A DNA stretch of 64,000 nucleotides from Paragordius varius (lineage: Eukaryota > Animalia > Nematomorpha): positions 4,526,001 through 4,590,000 of the forward strand of contig OZ176053.1 in the NCBI GenBank assembly GCA_964247055.1. Reading direction: 5' to 3'. The notes beneath the pieces were generated by a model, which searched no databases, was not told the origin of the DNA, and saw only the letters and a list, made by a program, of their open reading frames with translations. Below, in pieces: positions 63,490 to 64,000 of this stretch. The translations under genes and the position numbers were made by a program. The first letter of the stretch is position 1, and the number at the start of each line of letters is the position of its first letter.

Positions 63490-64000
63490 CATTTTAAATG
63501 TCACAAACATATATCATATATGATTTGTCTAAATATATAATGTTACACTTAGGTTGGGCCTTTGATGTTTCAAAATATAATAACCAGCCCGAACGCTTAT
63601 CAATGCAGTTATTCATGATTATAAATATTAAATATATGTTTTAATCAAACCACTAAATTATGTAAAAGTATGATTTGGGTTTACTTTTAATAATATATTT
63701 TTTACTACTAATAAAAATTTACAAATTATAAAAAATTTTAATTTTATTCTGTTTAATTAAAGTTTTATTTTTTTATCATTTCCTTATACATATTTCACAT
63801 GATAAACATATTTATGGTTTATAAAACGGTCACATTTACGGTCATACATGCATTTATAACCGGTCCGGCCTAACCCAAATTTGAACCAATTTTGTTTTCT
63901 TAAATAATTTATTTTGCACTTTCAATATATTATATATATTTTCTCAGAGGCCCGAGAATTGGGAGTCGGTTATTACAAATTCAGTACGGATGAAGAAGAA
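62799..64000 (+). CDS. CCDC174: CCDC174 (DUF4078) family protein, 5' part (runs off the window)
   Basis: Exons 62799-62831, 62867-62986, 63017-63123, 63184-63312, 63344-63420 and 63948 onward, with introns of 35, 30, 60, 31 and 527 nt. Motifs RLLAKSKVYDKL, LYSVDFQRK and VHFQEV..DEARELGVGYYKFSTDEE. Confidence 0.8.
63440..63485. repeat. (TA)n microsatellite in CCDC174 intron 5
   Basis: Direct reading. Confidence 0.9.

Noticed and set aside
1-64000. Species assignment and alternative genetic code
   Set aside because: All assembled genes translate with the standard code and end in TAA, TAG or TGA. Nothing in the window fixes the taxon beyond an AT-rich invertebrate animal.

Overview
Very AT-rich eukaryotic DNA from an invertebrate animal (species not determinable from this window; standard genetic code). 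I could hand-assemble 12 spliced protein-coding genes. In order: 3' end of an FN3-domain gene (+), TMCO4 (-), SETD1/Set1 (+), TSG101 (-), NDUFB4 (+), an unidentified ~200-aa gene (-), SUCLG2 (+), POLE3 (+), CHMP1 (-), MRPL19 (-), RMI1 (-) and the 5' part of CCDC174 (+). Between and inside them are many transposon relics: two Helitrons, a tRNA-derived SINE, piggyBac-like, hAT-like and foldback MITEs, a decayed Tc1/IS630-type transposase and possible Penelope-like fossils. The most striking signal is the splicing architecture. There are 24 GT-AG micro-introns of 21-35 nt in 10 genes, which is why most of these genes are fragmented or missing in the ORF track. They coexist with 0.1-3.7 kb introns and are concentrated at gene 5' ends. 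SETD1 also carries a consensus U12-type AT-AC intron. Two head-to-head gene pairs have only 57 nt between their start codons. All gene identities come from my recall of family sequences, not from database searches, and exon models are manual predictions without RNA evidence.
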